In this document: positions 35,624 to 43,692 of the stretch, piece by piece | Layout of the letters: the number at the start of each line of letters is the position of its first letter | Numbering within the stretch: position 1 is the stretch's first letter | DNA from: Minisyncoccia bacterium | Lineage (GTDB): Bacteria > Patescibacteriota > Minisyncoccia > Phycocordibacterales > UBA9973 | Assembly: GCA_038322745.1 (NCBI GenBank) | Contig: JBBQGF010000002.1 | Location: 1 to 43,837, forward strand | Length of the DNA: 43,837 nt | Direction of reading: 5' to 3' | Made by a program: the position numbers and the translations under genes | The notes under the pieces: generated by a model | The model's database searches: none | What the model saw: only the letters and a program-made list of their open reading frames with translations | Told to the model about the DNA's origin: nothing

Positions 35624-36493
35624 ATGGAACAAGCAAGAAAATATATACCATATTCATTCACTATTTTACTAGTTATTTTAACTATTGTTATTTGGTTTAC
35701 ACTTTATAAAAATGGGCAACATAGTGAATATTTAAAGGTTGTATATCTTGACGTAGGACAAGGTGATGCTATTTATATAGAAGCTCCAAATGGAATGCAA
35801 ATGCTTATAGATGGGGGTCCTGATGCGAAACTTCTCTCATCACTTTCAAAAGTTATGCCTTTTGCAGATAGATCTATTGATGTAGTTCTTTCTACACATC
35901 TAGATATGGATCACATTGGTGGACTACCTTTACTTATGGATAATTATAAAGTATCAAATATAATTGAAAATGGTGCAAAATCAGATACTAAAATCGCTAC
36001 AATTTTAGAAGATAAAATTTTAAAAAAGAAAATTAACAAAGTTATAGCACGACGTGGAATGAAAATAATTTTGGATGAAAAAAGGAATATTTATTTTGAT
36101 ATTTTATTTCCAGATAGAGATGTTTCTAGTCTAGAATCAAATGATGGCTCAATAGTAGGGAAACTTATATATGGTAAAGAATCATTCATGATGACAGGGG
36201 ATGCTAGTCGTTATACAGAGAATCTAATAGAGTGGAATGAGAATAATGAAACAATTAAATCCGATGTTTTGAAACTTGGACACCATGGTTCACATACTTC
36301 AAATAGTGAACTTTGGTTAGAGAAAGTAAAACCAGAAATAGCTATTATTTCAGTTGATAAAAATAATAAATATGGACATCCTCATAAAGATATATTAGAT
36401 AGACTTACATTCCTTCATATTCCATATTTGAGTACTGCAGATAAAGGTAATATTGTTTTTGAGACAGATGGGAATATATTAATAGAAAAATAA
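35624..36493 (+). CDS. ComEC C-terminal-type metallo-beta-lactamase domain protein (membrane-anchored)
   Basis: 289 aa. N-terminal TM helix, VYLDVGQGDAIYIE, LIDGG, STHLDMDHIGG, GDAS and LGHHGS motifs. Confidence 0.75.
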   Translation: MEQARKYIPYSFTILLVILTIVIWFTLYKNGQHSEYLKVVYLDVGQGDAIYIEAPNGMQMLIDGGPDAKLLSSLSKVMPFADRSIDVVLSTHLDMDHIGGLPLLMDNYKVSNIIENGAKSDTKIATILEDKILKKKINKVIARRGMKIILDEKRNIYFDILFPDRDVSSLESNDGSIVGKLIYGKESFMMTGDASRYTENLIEWNENNETIKSDVLKLGHHGSHTSNSELWLEKVKPEIAIISVDKNNKYGHPHKDILDRLTFLHIPYLSTADKGNIVFETDGNILIEK

Positions 36494-36521
36494 AAAACTC
36501 GACATTAATGTCGAGTTTTTT
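36493..36521. terminator. bidirectional hairpin terminator between convergent genes
   Basis: aaaaactcgaca-tt-aatgtcgagttttt: a perfect palindrome with an A-run on one side and a T-run on the other. Confidence 0.75.
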
Positions 36522-36765
36522 ATTTAATGATTCCTGCTTTCTTTAAAACTGCATAGGCTCCGTGTTTGTTTATTGTTTTGATTGCCTTTGTTGAAATTGT
36601 AAGAGGGAAGTATTTCTTTAGCTCTGGTACATATACACGCTTCTTTTGAAGATTTGTATATTTGCGAACCATACCTGTTGGGTTGAATTTAGTAGCACGA
36701 ACTACGTTAGAGTAGCCTCCTGCCATTATTGAGCCCTTTTTTGTTATATCACATACTTTTGCCAT
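36520..36765 (-). CDS. rpmB: 50S ribosomal protein L28
   Basis: 81 aa from MAKVCDITKKGSIMAGGYSNVVRATKFNPTGMVRKYTNLQKKRVYV. The tracked ORF start at 36810 is an upstream extension. Confidence 0.85.
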   Translation of the reverse strand: MAKVCDITKKGSIMAGGYSNVVRATKFNPTGMVRKYTNLQKKRVYVPELKKYFPLTISTKAIKTINKHGAYAVLKKAGIIK

Positions 36766-36838
36766 AGATGAAACTATGCTATCATATACTCTATATAAAT
36801 GCAAACCCACACGAGGATATTTATATTTTATAATACTT

Positions 36839-37468
36839 ATGCAACCAATTGATGGAATATTTTATGTAATAGTTTTGATTATGTCTGTAGTTGTTCATGA
36901 ATTTGCTCATGGATATACAGCATATCTTCTCGGCGATAATACAGCTCGACTACAAGGAAGACTCACTTTAAACCCTTTAAAACACCTAGACCCATTTGGT
37001 TCAGTTTTACTCCCACTACTTTTAGTCCTCATGAATGCTGGATTCGTTATTGGTTGGGCAAAACCAGTCCCATATAACCCAGATAATTTGACTGACAAAA
37101 AAAGAGGCACTTTTTTTGTTGCTATTGCTGGTATTTTAGCCAACTTATTGATTGCCATCATCTTTGGGTTAATGATACGTTTTGGTCCTGCTCTTACAGG
37201 GATTCCTCTTTCAATTTCTTTTTATAAAATCACTTCTATAATAGTTATTTTGAACTTAGTGCTTGTATTATTCAATCTAATTCCTATTCCACCACTTGAT
37301 GGTTCAAAAGTTTTGTTTTCATTTATCCCACCACAATATAGATATATTGAGAACTTTTTAGAAAAATGGGGGATGTTTGTATTACTATTCTTTATTATTT
37401 TTCTCTGGAGTAGAGTATCCCCGATTATATTTATAGCTTTCTCTCTAATTACTGGAATGCAAATATAG
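36839..37468 (+). CDS. site-2 protease family (M50) membrane metalloprotease
   Basis: 209 aa from the ATG at 36839. HEFAHG zinc motif and NLIPIPPLDGSKV motif. Confidence 0.8.
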   Translation: MQPIDGIFYVIVLIMSVVVHEFAHGYTAYLLGDNTARLQGRLTLNPLKHLDPFGSVLLPLLLVLMNAGFVIGWAKPVPYNPDNLTDKKRGTFFVAIAGILANLLIAIIFGLMIRFGPALTGIPLSISFYKITSIIVILNLVLVLFNLIPIPPLDGSKVLFSFIPPQYRYIENFLEKWGMFVLLFFIIFLWSRVSPIIFIAFSLITGMQI

Positions 37469-37526
37469 CCTTTTTAGCCTTATATTACTAATTTTTAGTT
37501 ACTAATTTAAAAATAGGTATGAGGGC

Positions 37527-37652
37527 TTGCTTTTTTTGAGTCTATATAGTAAAGTACTGAGACTAGTCAGTAATGACTTTTTTTTCTTAACGAAAGAGGA
37601 GTGGCGTAGATGTGTACTCATATCTATGTCATCCGAGTGAAGTTAAGATGTT
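37527..37652 (+). promoter_or_regulatory. rpsL promoter-like region plus structured leader
   Basis: TTGCTT-17 nt-TAAAGT. Then hairpin agtca-gtaa-tgact followed by T8. Then aacgaaagaggagtg (37589-37603) and agttaagatgtt (37641-37652). These blocks recur upstream of fusA. Confidence 0.4.
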
Positions 37653-37674
37653 AACGAAGTTAATCATATTAAAT

Positions 37675-38100
37675 ATGCCTACAATCAATCAATTGGTTCG
37701 CAAGAGCCGTAAAATAATCAAAAGAAAATCTAAAGCTGTCGCTTTGGCTCGTGGTTTCAATTCTATTAAAAATAAGCCAGTTTATTATCCAGCTCCATTT
37801 AAGCGTGGAGTTTGTACAAAAGTTTCTACTACTACTCCAAAGAAGCCTAACTCAGCTCTCCGAAAGATTGCTCGTGTCAGACTTACAAATGGAATGGAAG
37901 TTACTGCTTATATTCCAGGTGAAGGACACAACCTACAAGAACACTCAGTTGTTATGATTCGTGGTGGACGTGTTAAAGACTTAATTGGAGTTCGTTATCA
38001 CATCGTTCGTGGACGTCTTGATACAACTGGAGTTGAGAAACGCCGACAGTCAAGAAGTCTATACGGTACAAAGACACCTAAAGCAGCAGTTAAAAAATAA
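37675..38100 (+). CDS. rpsL: 30S ribosomal protein S12
   Basis: 141 aa starting [13 protein letters not shown], with [10 protein letters not shown] further in. The tracked GTG start at 37612 is an upstream extension. Confidence 0.95.
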   Translation: MPTINQLVRKSRKIIKRKSKAVALARGFNSIKNKPVYYPAPFKRGVCTKVSTTTPKKPNSALRKIARVRLTNGMEVTAYIPGEGHNLQEHSVVMIRGGRVKDLIGVRYHIVRGRLDTTGVEKRRQSRSLYGTKTPKAAVKK

Positions 38101-38106
38101 TTTTAT

Positions 38107-38577
38107 ATGAGAAGAAAAATAACAAATCGAAATATTGTAGAACCAGATATAATGTATAACTCCCAGAAGCTAGGGAAGTTTATTAACAATATTATGATGC
38201 ATGGAAAGAAGGAGACAGCTCGTAAATCTGTTTATAAAGCTTTTGAAATAATAAAAGAAAAAACTGGTAATCCAAACCCTCTAGAGATATTTGATACAGC
38301 TATAAAGAATGCTGGTCCAACAGTAGAAGTTCGTTCACGTCGTATTGGTGGTGCAAACTATCAGGTTCCTCGTGAAGTTCGTCCAGAAAGAAGAACAGCA
38401 CTTGCAATGAGATGGATTATTGGAGCAGCACGTGGAAAGAAAGGAGCCCCAATTCATGAAAAACTAGCTGAAGAACTAATCCTTGCTTCAAAAAACGAAG
38501 GAATAGCAATCAAAAAGCGTGATGATACTCATAAAATGGCAGAATCAAACAAAGCGTTCGCACATTTTGCTTGGTAA
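38107..38577 (+). CDS. rpsG: 30S ribosomal protein S7
   Basis: 156 aa. MMHGKKETARK, VEVRSRRIGGANYQVP and the C-terminus AFAHFAW. Confidence 0.95.
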   Translation: MRRKITNRNIVEPDIMYNSQKLGKFINNIMMHGKKETARKSVYKAFEIIKEKTGNPNPLEIFDTAIKNAGPTVEVRSRRIGGANYQVPREVRPERRTALAMRWIIGAARGKKGAPIHEKLAEELILASKNEGIAIKKRDDTHKMAESNKAFAHFAW

Positions 38578-38585
38578 CAAAGAAT

Positions 38586-38609
38586 AACCCCGAACGGGGT
38601 TTTCTTTTT
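38586..38609 (+). terminator. intrinsic terminator after rpsG
   Basis: aacccc-gaac-ggggtt followed by ttcttttt. Confidence 0.75.
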
Positions 38610-38618
38610 ACCATATTA

Positions 38619-39359
38619 TTGTGCGAGGCCTTGCCTCACACAACAGAGATTGATATAATGTAATTATGTCAATTCGAAAAGTGAATTTAGTTTCTGGAGA
38701 ATATTATCATATTTATAATCGTGGAAATAGTAAACAAAAAATTTTCCACGATGAAGAGGATTATCAAAGATTTATTTTTTTATTATATGTTTCTAATACA
38801 AGTGAAAAATTTGATTTTTATAATTTAAGTAGAAATATTAAATTAAATATTTTTCAAAAAGAAAAAAATAATTGTTTCGTCGGAATTGGTGCATATTGCT
38901 TAATGCCAAATCATTTTCATTTATTGATAACTGAAATAAATGAAGGTGGGATAAGTAAATTTATGCAAAAAATTTCCACAGCTTATTCTATGTATTATAA
39001 TAGGAAATATCAAAGAACAGGTTCATTGTTTGAGGGGAAATTTAAATCACAACATTTAGATACAGATAAATATTTAAAATATATATTTTCTTATATACAT
39101 CTTAATCCTATAAAACTTATTCAGAAAGATTGGAAAGAAAAGGGGATAAAAGATAAAATTACAGCGATTGATTATCTTAATAAATATACATATTCAAGCT
39201 ACTTAGATTTTACTAAAGAAGATAGGGATCAAAAAAATATTTTAAATAGAAAACTATTTCCTAAATATTTTCCTACTAAAAATTCTTTTAATAAAGAGAT
39301 TTTTGAATGGTTAAATTATAATAATTAAATTTTTGTTGTGCGAGGCAAGGCCTCACACA
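38619..39359 (+). mobile_element. IS200-like / REP-associated Y1 transposase element bounded by two near-identical hairpins
   Basis: Left hairpin ttgtgcgagg-c-ctt-g-cctcacacaa at 38619-38643. Right hairpin ttgtgcgagg-c-aag-g-cctcacaca at 39336-39359. They bracket a single HUH/Y1 transposase gene. Total length about 740 bp. Confidence 0.6.
38666..39328 (+). CDS. Y1 (HUH) transposase, IS200/RAYT-like
   Basis: 220 aa. YHIYNRGNSKQKIF, HUH motif MPNHFHLLI, catalytic-Tyr region YIFSYIHLNPIK. Confidence 0.8.
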   Translation: MSIRKVNLVSGEYYHIYNRGNSKQKIFHDEEDYQRFIFLLYVSNTSEKFDFYNLSRNIKLNIFQKEKNNCFVGIGAYCLMPNHFHLLITEINEGGISKFMQKISTAYSMYYNRKYQRTGSLFEGKFKSQHLDTDKYLKYIFSYIHLNPIKLIQKDWKEKGIKDKITAIDYLNKYTYSSYLDFTKEDRDQKNILNRKLFPKYFPTKNSFNKEIFEWLNYNN

Positions 39360-39360
39360 T

Positions 39361-39393
39361 ATGATAGATTTATGATAGAATTGTGATAGAATA
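39361..39393 (+). repeat. 3 x 11-bp direct repeat (RTGATAGAWTW)
   Basis: atgatagattt / atgatagaatt / gtgatagaata, starting 2 nt after the right hairpin. The period is one helical turn. Confidence 0.7.
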
Positions 39394-39421
39394 AATAATA
39401 TTATATTAAAAGAGGGGGTAT

Positions 39422-39446
39422 ATTCAATTCAATTCAATTCAATTCA
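39422..39446 (+). repeat. pentanucleotide microsatellite (ATTCA)x5 abutting the start codon
   Basis: Five perfect ATTCA units between the GAGGGGG Shine-Dalgarno-like box (39412-39418) and the ATG at 39447. Confidence 0.9.
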
Positions 39447-40451
39447 ATGAAAAACAAAACCAACCAAAAAAATAACGATACTAAAAAAAGTAATAAAACT
39501 ATATATATTATTAATACTATATATATAGTCATTATTATAATTCTTATTAGTTTTATTTTAAATAAACCTATTTTAAATGATGTTAAAATTACAAGAGATA
39601 ATAATAATTCATTTAAATTTACTAGTCCAATACTCGACTGTGAAAATGTAAATAATGGTAATGATATTGTCGTTTCAACTGAAAAAGTTTCTGATAAAAT
39701 TAAAGAATTAAAAAATAAATACGGAGTTGGTGCCGTCTCTCTTTATTTTAGAGATTTAAATAATGGTCCATGGGTAGGAGTAGGAGAGAATGAAGTCTTT
39801 TCGCCAGCAAGTCTATTGAAAATTCCTGTAGTTATGGGGCTTTTAAAATACGCTGAAACTAATCCCGAAATATTAAACAAAGAAATTCAGATTACTGAAT
39901 CTGATATTGAGAAAGATTCAATTCAAAATATTATATTCCCAAATGTTTTAAAAAAAGATACTAAATATACATTAGAACAAATAGTTGAATCTGTAATAAA
40001 GAATTCTGATAATGCAGGAATACCTATTATCTTAAACAATGTTTCACCTGAATATATTGGTAATGTTTTCTATTCTACTGGAGTTCCTTATAAAGATCTT
40101 TCAAATGAAGTAAATTTAAATGTAAAAGATTATTCTGGATTTTTTAGAGTTTTATATAATTCATCATATCTAAATCGAGAAATGTCTGAAAAACTCTTGA
40201 AAATGTTGTCAGAAAATGAATATGTAAATGGGCTTGTTGCAGGAGTTCCAAAAGATGTAGTAGTAGCTCATAAATTTGGAGAGAGACGTATCGATGATAT
40301 TAACCAATTACATGATTGTGGAATCGTTTATCACAAATCAAATCCTTATATTATCTGTATAATGACTCGTGGCAGCAATTTTTCAAATCTAGAAAGTGTT
40401 ATAAAAGATTTATCAAGCTATATTTATCAAGAAGTTGATAAAAAGAAATAA
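39447..40451 (+). CDS. membrane-anchored class A beta-lactamase-like serine hydrolase
   Basis: 334 aa. N-terminal TM helix, S-x-x-K (SLLK within SPASLLKIPVV), S-D-N loop (KNSDNAG), K-x-G (HKFGER). Confidence 0.65.
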   Translation: MKNKTNQKNNDTKKSNKTIYIINTIYIVIIIILISFILNKPILNDVKITRDNNNSFKFTSPILDCENVNNGNDIVVSTEKVSDKIKELKNKYGVGAVSLYFRDLNNGPWVGVGENEVFSPASLLKIPVVMGLLKYAETNPEILNKEIQITESDIEKDSIQNIIFPNVLKKDTKYTLEQIVESVIKNSDNAGIPIILNNVSPEYIGNVFYSTGVPYKDLSNEVNLNVKDYSGFFRVLYNSSYLNREMSEKLLKMLSENEYVNGLVAGVPKDVVVAHKFGERRIDDINQLHDCGIVYHKSNPYIICIMTRGSNFSNLESVIKDLSSYIYQEVDKKK

Positions 40452-40477
40452 ATATATAATCTAACTAAGTGAATTAT

Positions 40478-40506
40478 AAAAAAGGCCGATTTACGGCCTT
40501 TTTTTG
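40478..40506 (+). terminator. intrinsic terminator
   Basis: ggccg-attta-cggcc flanked by an A-run and a T-run. Confidence 0.8.
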
Positions 40507-40574
40507 TTTTTTAGTTAATAACTATATGTAAAGTTCATATGTAGTATTATAAGGTTTAAATTGACTAGTTTTAT

Positions 40575-40691
40575 TTGCAAAATATGACAATTTGTTGTAT
40601 ATTCTAATGACACAAGACGTACACGTCTTTTTTTTTACAACGAGAGAGAAGTGTATCAAAAAGTAATTTTTTGATAAAGTTAAGGTATGTT
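40575..40691 (+). promoter_or_regulatory. fusA promoter plus structured leader (paralogous to the rpsL leader)
   Basis: TTGCAA-17 nt-TATATT (40575-40603). Then hairpin agacg-taca-cgtct followed by T9. Then aacgagagagaagtg (40639-40653), hairpin tatcaaaaa-gtaa-tttttgata, and agttaaggtatgtt (40678-40691). Confidence 0.5.
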
Positions 40692-40738
40692 GTATAAAGG
40701 TTTAAGACCCTTTATTTAGTAATTAATTAATTATATAT

Positions 40739-42880
40739 ATGGAAAGAGATTATCCTCTAGAGAAAGTTAGAAATTTTGGAATTATTGCTCATATTGATGC
40801 TGGTAAGACAACCACCTCAGAGCGTGTTCTTTTTTATACTGGGGTTTCCCACAAAATTGGTGAAGTTCATAACGGGGAAGCGACAACAGACTGGATGGAG
40901 CAAGAACAAGAACGTGGAATTACTATTACTTCAGCGGCTGTTACTTGTTTCTGGACTCCTACTTATGCTCTTACTGACAAAAGTCTAAAACACCGTTTTA
41001 ATATTATTGATACACCAGGGCACATTGATTTTACTGTTGAAGTAAAGCGTTCACTTCGAGTACTCGATGGTGCTGTTGTAGTTTTTGATGGAGTTGCAGG
41101 AGTAGAGCCACAATCTGAAACTAATTGGCGTTATGCTGATGAAGCTAAAGTTCCTCGTATTTGTTTTGTTAATAAACTTGACCGAACAGGTGCATCTTTT
41201 GAGCATTCTTATACTACAATTCTTGACCGTTTAAATAAAAATGCTGTTCGAATGCAAATTCCAATTGGTTTAGAAGAAAAACACGAAGGAGTTGTTGATC
41301 TACTCAAAATGAAAGCATTTTATTTTGAAGGAGAAATGGGAAGTAAGGTTGTAGAAAAAGATATCCCTGAAAATCTGTTAAATGATGCTAAAAAATATCA
41401 TGATGAATTGATTGAAAAAATTGTTGAACAAGATGATGCTATTATGAGTGATTATCTTGAAGGGAAAATTCCTGACTTAGATGTTCTCAAGAAGATTTTG
41501 CGTAAAGCAGTTATTGATAATAAGATTTTCCCAGTTTTTGCTGGTTCAGCTCTTAAAAATAAAGGAGTTCAATTGGTGCTTGATGCTGTTGTTGATTATC
41601 TTCCATCACCACTTGATATTCCTGCTATACAAGGCACAAATCCAGAAACAGATGAGAAAGATGAACGTAAAGCAAGTGATACAGAACCATTTTCAGCACT
41701 AGCTTTCAAAGTTGCTACTGACCCATTCGTTGGACAAATAATATTCTTCCGTGTTTATTCAGGTACTCTTTCTGCTGGAAGTTATGTTTATAATCCTCGA
41801 ACTCGTAACAAAGAACGTATTGGACGAATCTTGCGTATGCATGCCAATGACCGTGAAGAAGTGAAGAAAGTTTATGCTGGAGAAATAGCAGCAGCAGTTG
41901 GACTCAAGGATACTATCACATCAGATACTCTTTGTGACGAAGCACACCCAATAGAACTTTATCGTATTGTATTTCCTGAACCAGTTATTTCTCTTCGTGT
42001 TGAACCAAAAACAAAAGCTGACCAAGAGAAAATGGGTATGGCACTATCTCGCCTTGCACAAGAAGACCCAACTTTCCGTGTTACAACTGACCCTGAAACA
42101 AATGAAACAATTATTGCAGGAATGGGAGAACTTCATCTTGAAATCATTGTTGACCGTATGAAGAGAGAGTTTACAGTTGAGACAAATGTTGGTAAACCAC
42201 AAGTTGCATATCGTGAGACTATTACAGGTGAAGCAAGTGTTGAAGGTAAATACATCAAACAATCAGGAGGTCGTGGTAACTACGGTCACGTCAAGATTCG
42301 TATCAAGCCAATGGACCAATCTGTCAAAGTTGAAGATCTTCCTAAAAACACAAAACGTGAAAAAGGATTTGAATTTATTAACACAATCAAAGGAGGAGCT
42401 ATTCCACAAGAATATATTCCTGCTTGTGAAAAAGGATTCAAAGAAGGACTTGATAGGGGAGTTCTCGCTGGATTCAAACTTGAAAATGTTTCTGTTGAAC
42501 TATATGATGGTTCCTATCATGATGTTGACTCAAATGAAATGGCTTTCAAAATCGCAGCTAGTATGGCAGTACAGGATGCATGTAAAATGGCTCGCCCAGT
42601 AATCCTCGAACCTATGATGCAAGTTGAAGTAGTAACACCAGATAAATTCATGGGAGATGTAACAGGAAGTCTGTCTTCAAAGCGTGGACTTATTGAGGGA
42701 ATGGAAGCTCGTGGTATGAACCAAGCAGTCAAAGCAGTTGTTCCATTATCTGAAATGTTTGGGTATATGACAATACTTCGTTCTATGACCGAAGGACGTG
42801 CAAGTTTCACTATGGAATTTATCCGTTATGATATCGTTCCACAAAATGTAGCAACTTCAATTATTGAAGCAAGGAAATAA
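40739..42880 (+). CDS. fusA: translation elongation factor G
   Basis: 713 aa. [39 protein letters not shown] and full-length EF-G domains. Confidence 0.95.
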   Translation: MERDYPLEKVRNFGIIAHIDAGKTTTSERVLFYTGVSHKIGEVHNGEATTDWMEQEQERGITITSAAVTCFWTPTYALTDKSLKHRFNIIDTPGHIDFTVEVKRSLRVLDGAVVVFDGVAGVEPQSETNWRYADEAKVPRICFVNKLDRTGASFEHSYTTILDRLNKNAVRMQIPIGLEEKHEGVVDLLKMKAFYFEGEMGSKVVEKDIPENLLNDAKKYHDELIEKIVEQDDAIMSDYLEGKIPDLDVLKKILRKAVIDNKIFPVFAGSALKNKGVQLVLDAVVDYLPSPLDIPAIQGTNPETDEKDERKASDTEPFSALAFKVATDPFVGQIIFFRVYSGTLSAGSYVYNPRTRNKERIGRILRMHANDREEVKKVYAGEIAAAVGLKDTITSDTLCDEAHPIELYRIVFPEPVISLRVEPKTKADQEKMGMALSRLAQEDPTFRVTTDPETNETIIAGMGELHLEIIVDRMKREFTVETNVGKPQVAYRETITGEASVEGKYIKQSGGRGNYGHVKIRIKPMDQSVKVEDLPKNTKREKGFEFINTIKGGAIPQEYIPACEKGFKEGLDRGVLAGFKLENVSVELYDGSYHDVDSNEMAFKIAASMAVQDACKMARPVILEPMMQVEVVTPDKFMGDVTGSLSSKRGLIEGMEARGMNQAVKAVVPLSEMFGYMTILRSMTEGRASFTMEFIRYDIVPQNVATSIIEARK

Positions 42881-42884
42881 AATT

Positions 42885-42917
42885 AAAATGCCCCGAGGCT
42901 TCGCCTCGGAGCATTTT
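42885..42917 (+). terminator. strong intrinsic terminator after fusA
   Basis: 15-bp stem aaaatgccccgaggc / gcctcggagcatttt (one mismatch) with loop ttc. Confidence 0.8.
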
Positions 42918-42965
42918 AATTTCCAAAGTTATACAAACCCCCCCCACATAATTTATATATTTTAT

Positions 42966-42994
42966 TTGCCTTTATATCTTATATATAATATAAT
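42966..42994 (+). promoter_or_regulatory. sigma-70-type promoter
   Basis: TTGCCT, a 17-nt spacer, then a consensus TATAAT. About 38 nt upstream of the ATG at 43032. Confidence 0.55.
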
Positions 42995-43031
42995 AAATAT
43001 ATTAAAATTAAGGTCTCGAATTTCTTTTCAT

Positions 43032-43673
43032 ATGCAAAAAAATATTAAAAAAGTTTTCTCAGCCTCAATCATCACACTTCTCTTAGTGCAGATGGTTTAT
43101 ATTGCTGTAGAACCAAGTACAGTAATTGCAGCATCTAATTTGTCTGATAGTGCCGTTATTACTCTTAACGTCGATGCTGGTATTTCTATTACAAGTCCTG
43201 CAGATGCGACAATGTCTGCTATAGCTATAGGAACAAATACTTCCATCGGAACTGCTCAATGGACAGTTGTGACAAACAATACGATAGGATACAAGCTAGA
43301 TGTGAAAGCATCTGCTTCTCCTGCTCTCGTAAGTGGAGTAAATTCATTTGCTGATTACACAGAGACATCTGCTGGTGTACCTGAGACATGGAGTGTCGCA
43401 TCTTTAGCTAAAGAATTTGGTTACTCAGCATGGGGGACAAATACTGTAACTGGAACTTGGGGGGCAGCTGGAACTTGTGGTTCAGGTAGTACTATTCCTG
43501 CAATGAAATATGAAGGATTTGCAATAACAGATAGAACTATTGCTACAGCAGCAGTTCCTACAGCATATGCAGGAGTAGCAACAAATATCTGTTTTGCGGC
43601 CGAACAAAATGGTACATTTGCTCCATCTGGAACATATACTGCTACTATTACAGCGACAGCGACAACACTATAA
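43032..43673 (+). CDS. secreted Ala/Thr/Gly-rich surface protein (unknown family)
   Basis: 213 aa from the ATG at 43032. N-terminal hydrophobic segment ITLLLVQMVYIAVEPSTVIAA and a beta-rich T/A/G composition. The tracked start at 42864 overlaps fusA and its terminator. Confidence 0.6.
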   Translation: MQKNIKKVFSASIITLLLVQMVYIAVEPSTVIAASNLSDSAVITLNVDAGISITSPADATMSAIAIGTNTSIGTAQWTVVTNNTIGYKLDVKASASPALVSGVNSFADYTETSAGVPETWSVASLAKEFGYSAWGTNTVTGTWGAAGTCGSGSTIPAMKYEGFAITDRTIATAAVPTAYAGVATNICFAAEQNGTFAPSGTYTATITATATTL

Positions 43674-43692
43674 TTAATTATAATTAATACAT

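Noticed and set aside
39422-39446. Possibility that the short tandem repeats (ATTCA x5, 11-mer x3) are a degenerate CRISPR array.
   Set aside because: The units are contiguous with no spacers, far shorter than CRISPR repeats, and no cas genes are present.
40776-42602. Same-strand alternative-frame ORFs inside fusA (40776-40988, 41481-41702, 41967-42161, 42177-42602). Similar cases are 5931-6125, 26805-27023 and 37751-37957.
   Set aside because: They are embedded out of frame in strongly supported genes (EF-G, DUF1361, pilin-like, S12). Their products are Leu/Lys/Gln-rich strings with no recognisable motif. Treated as frame artefacts.
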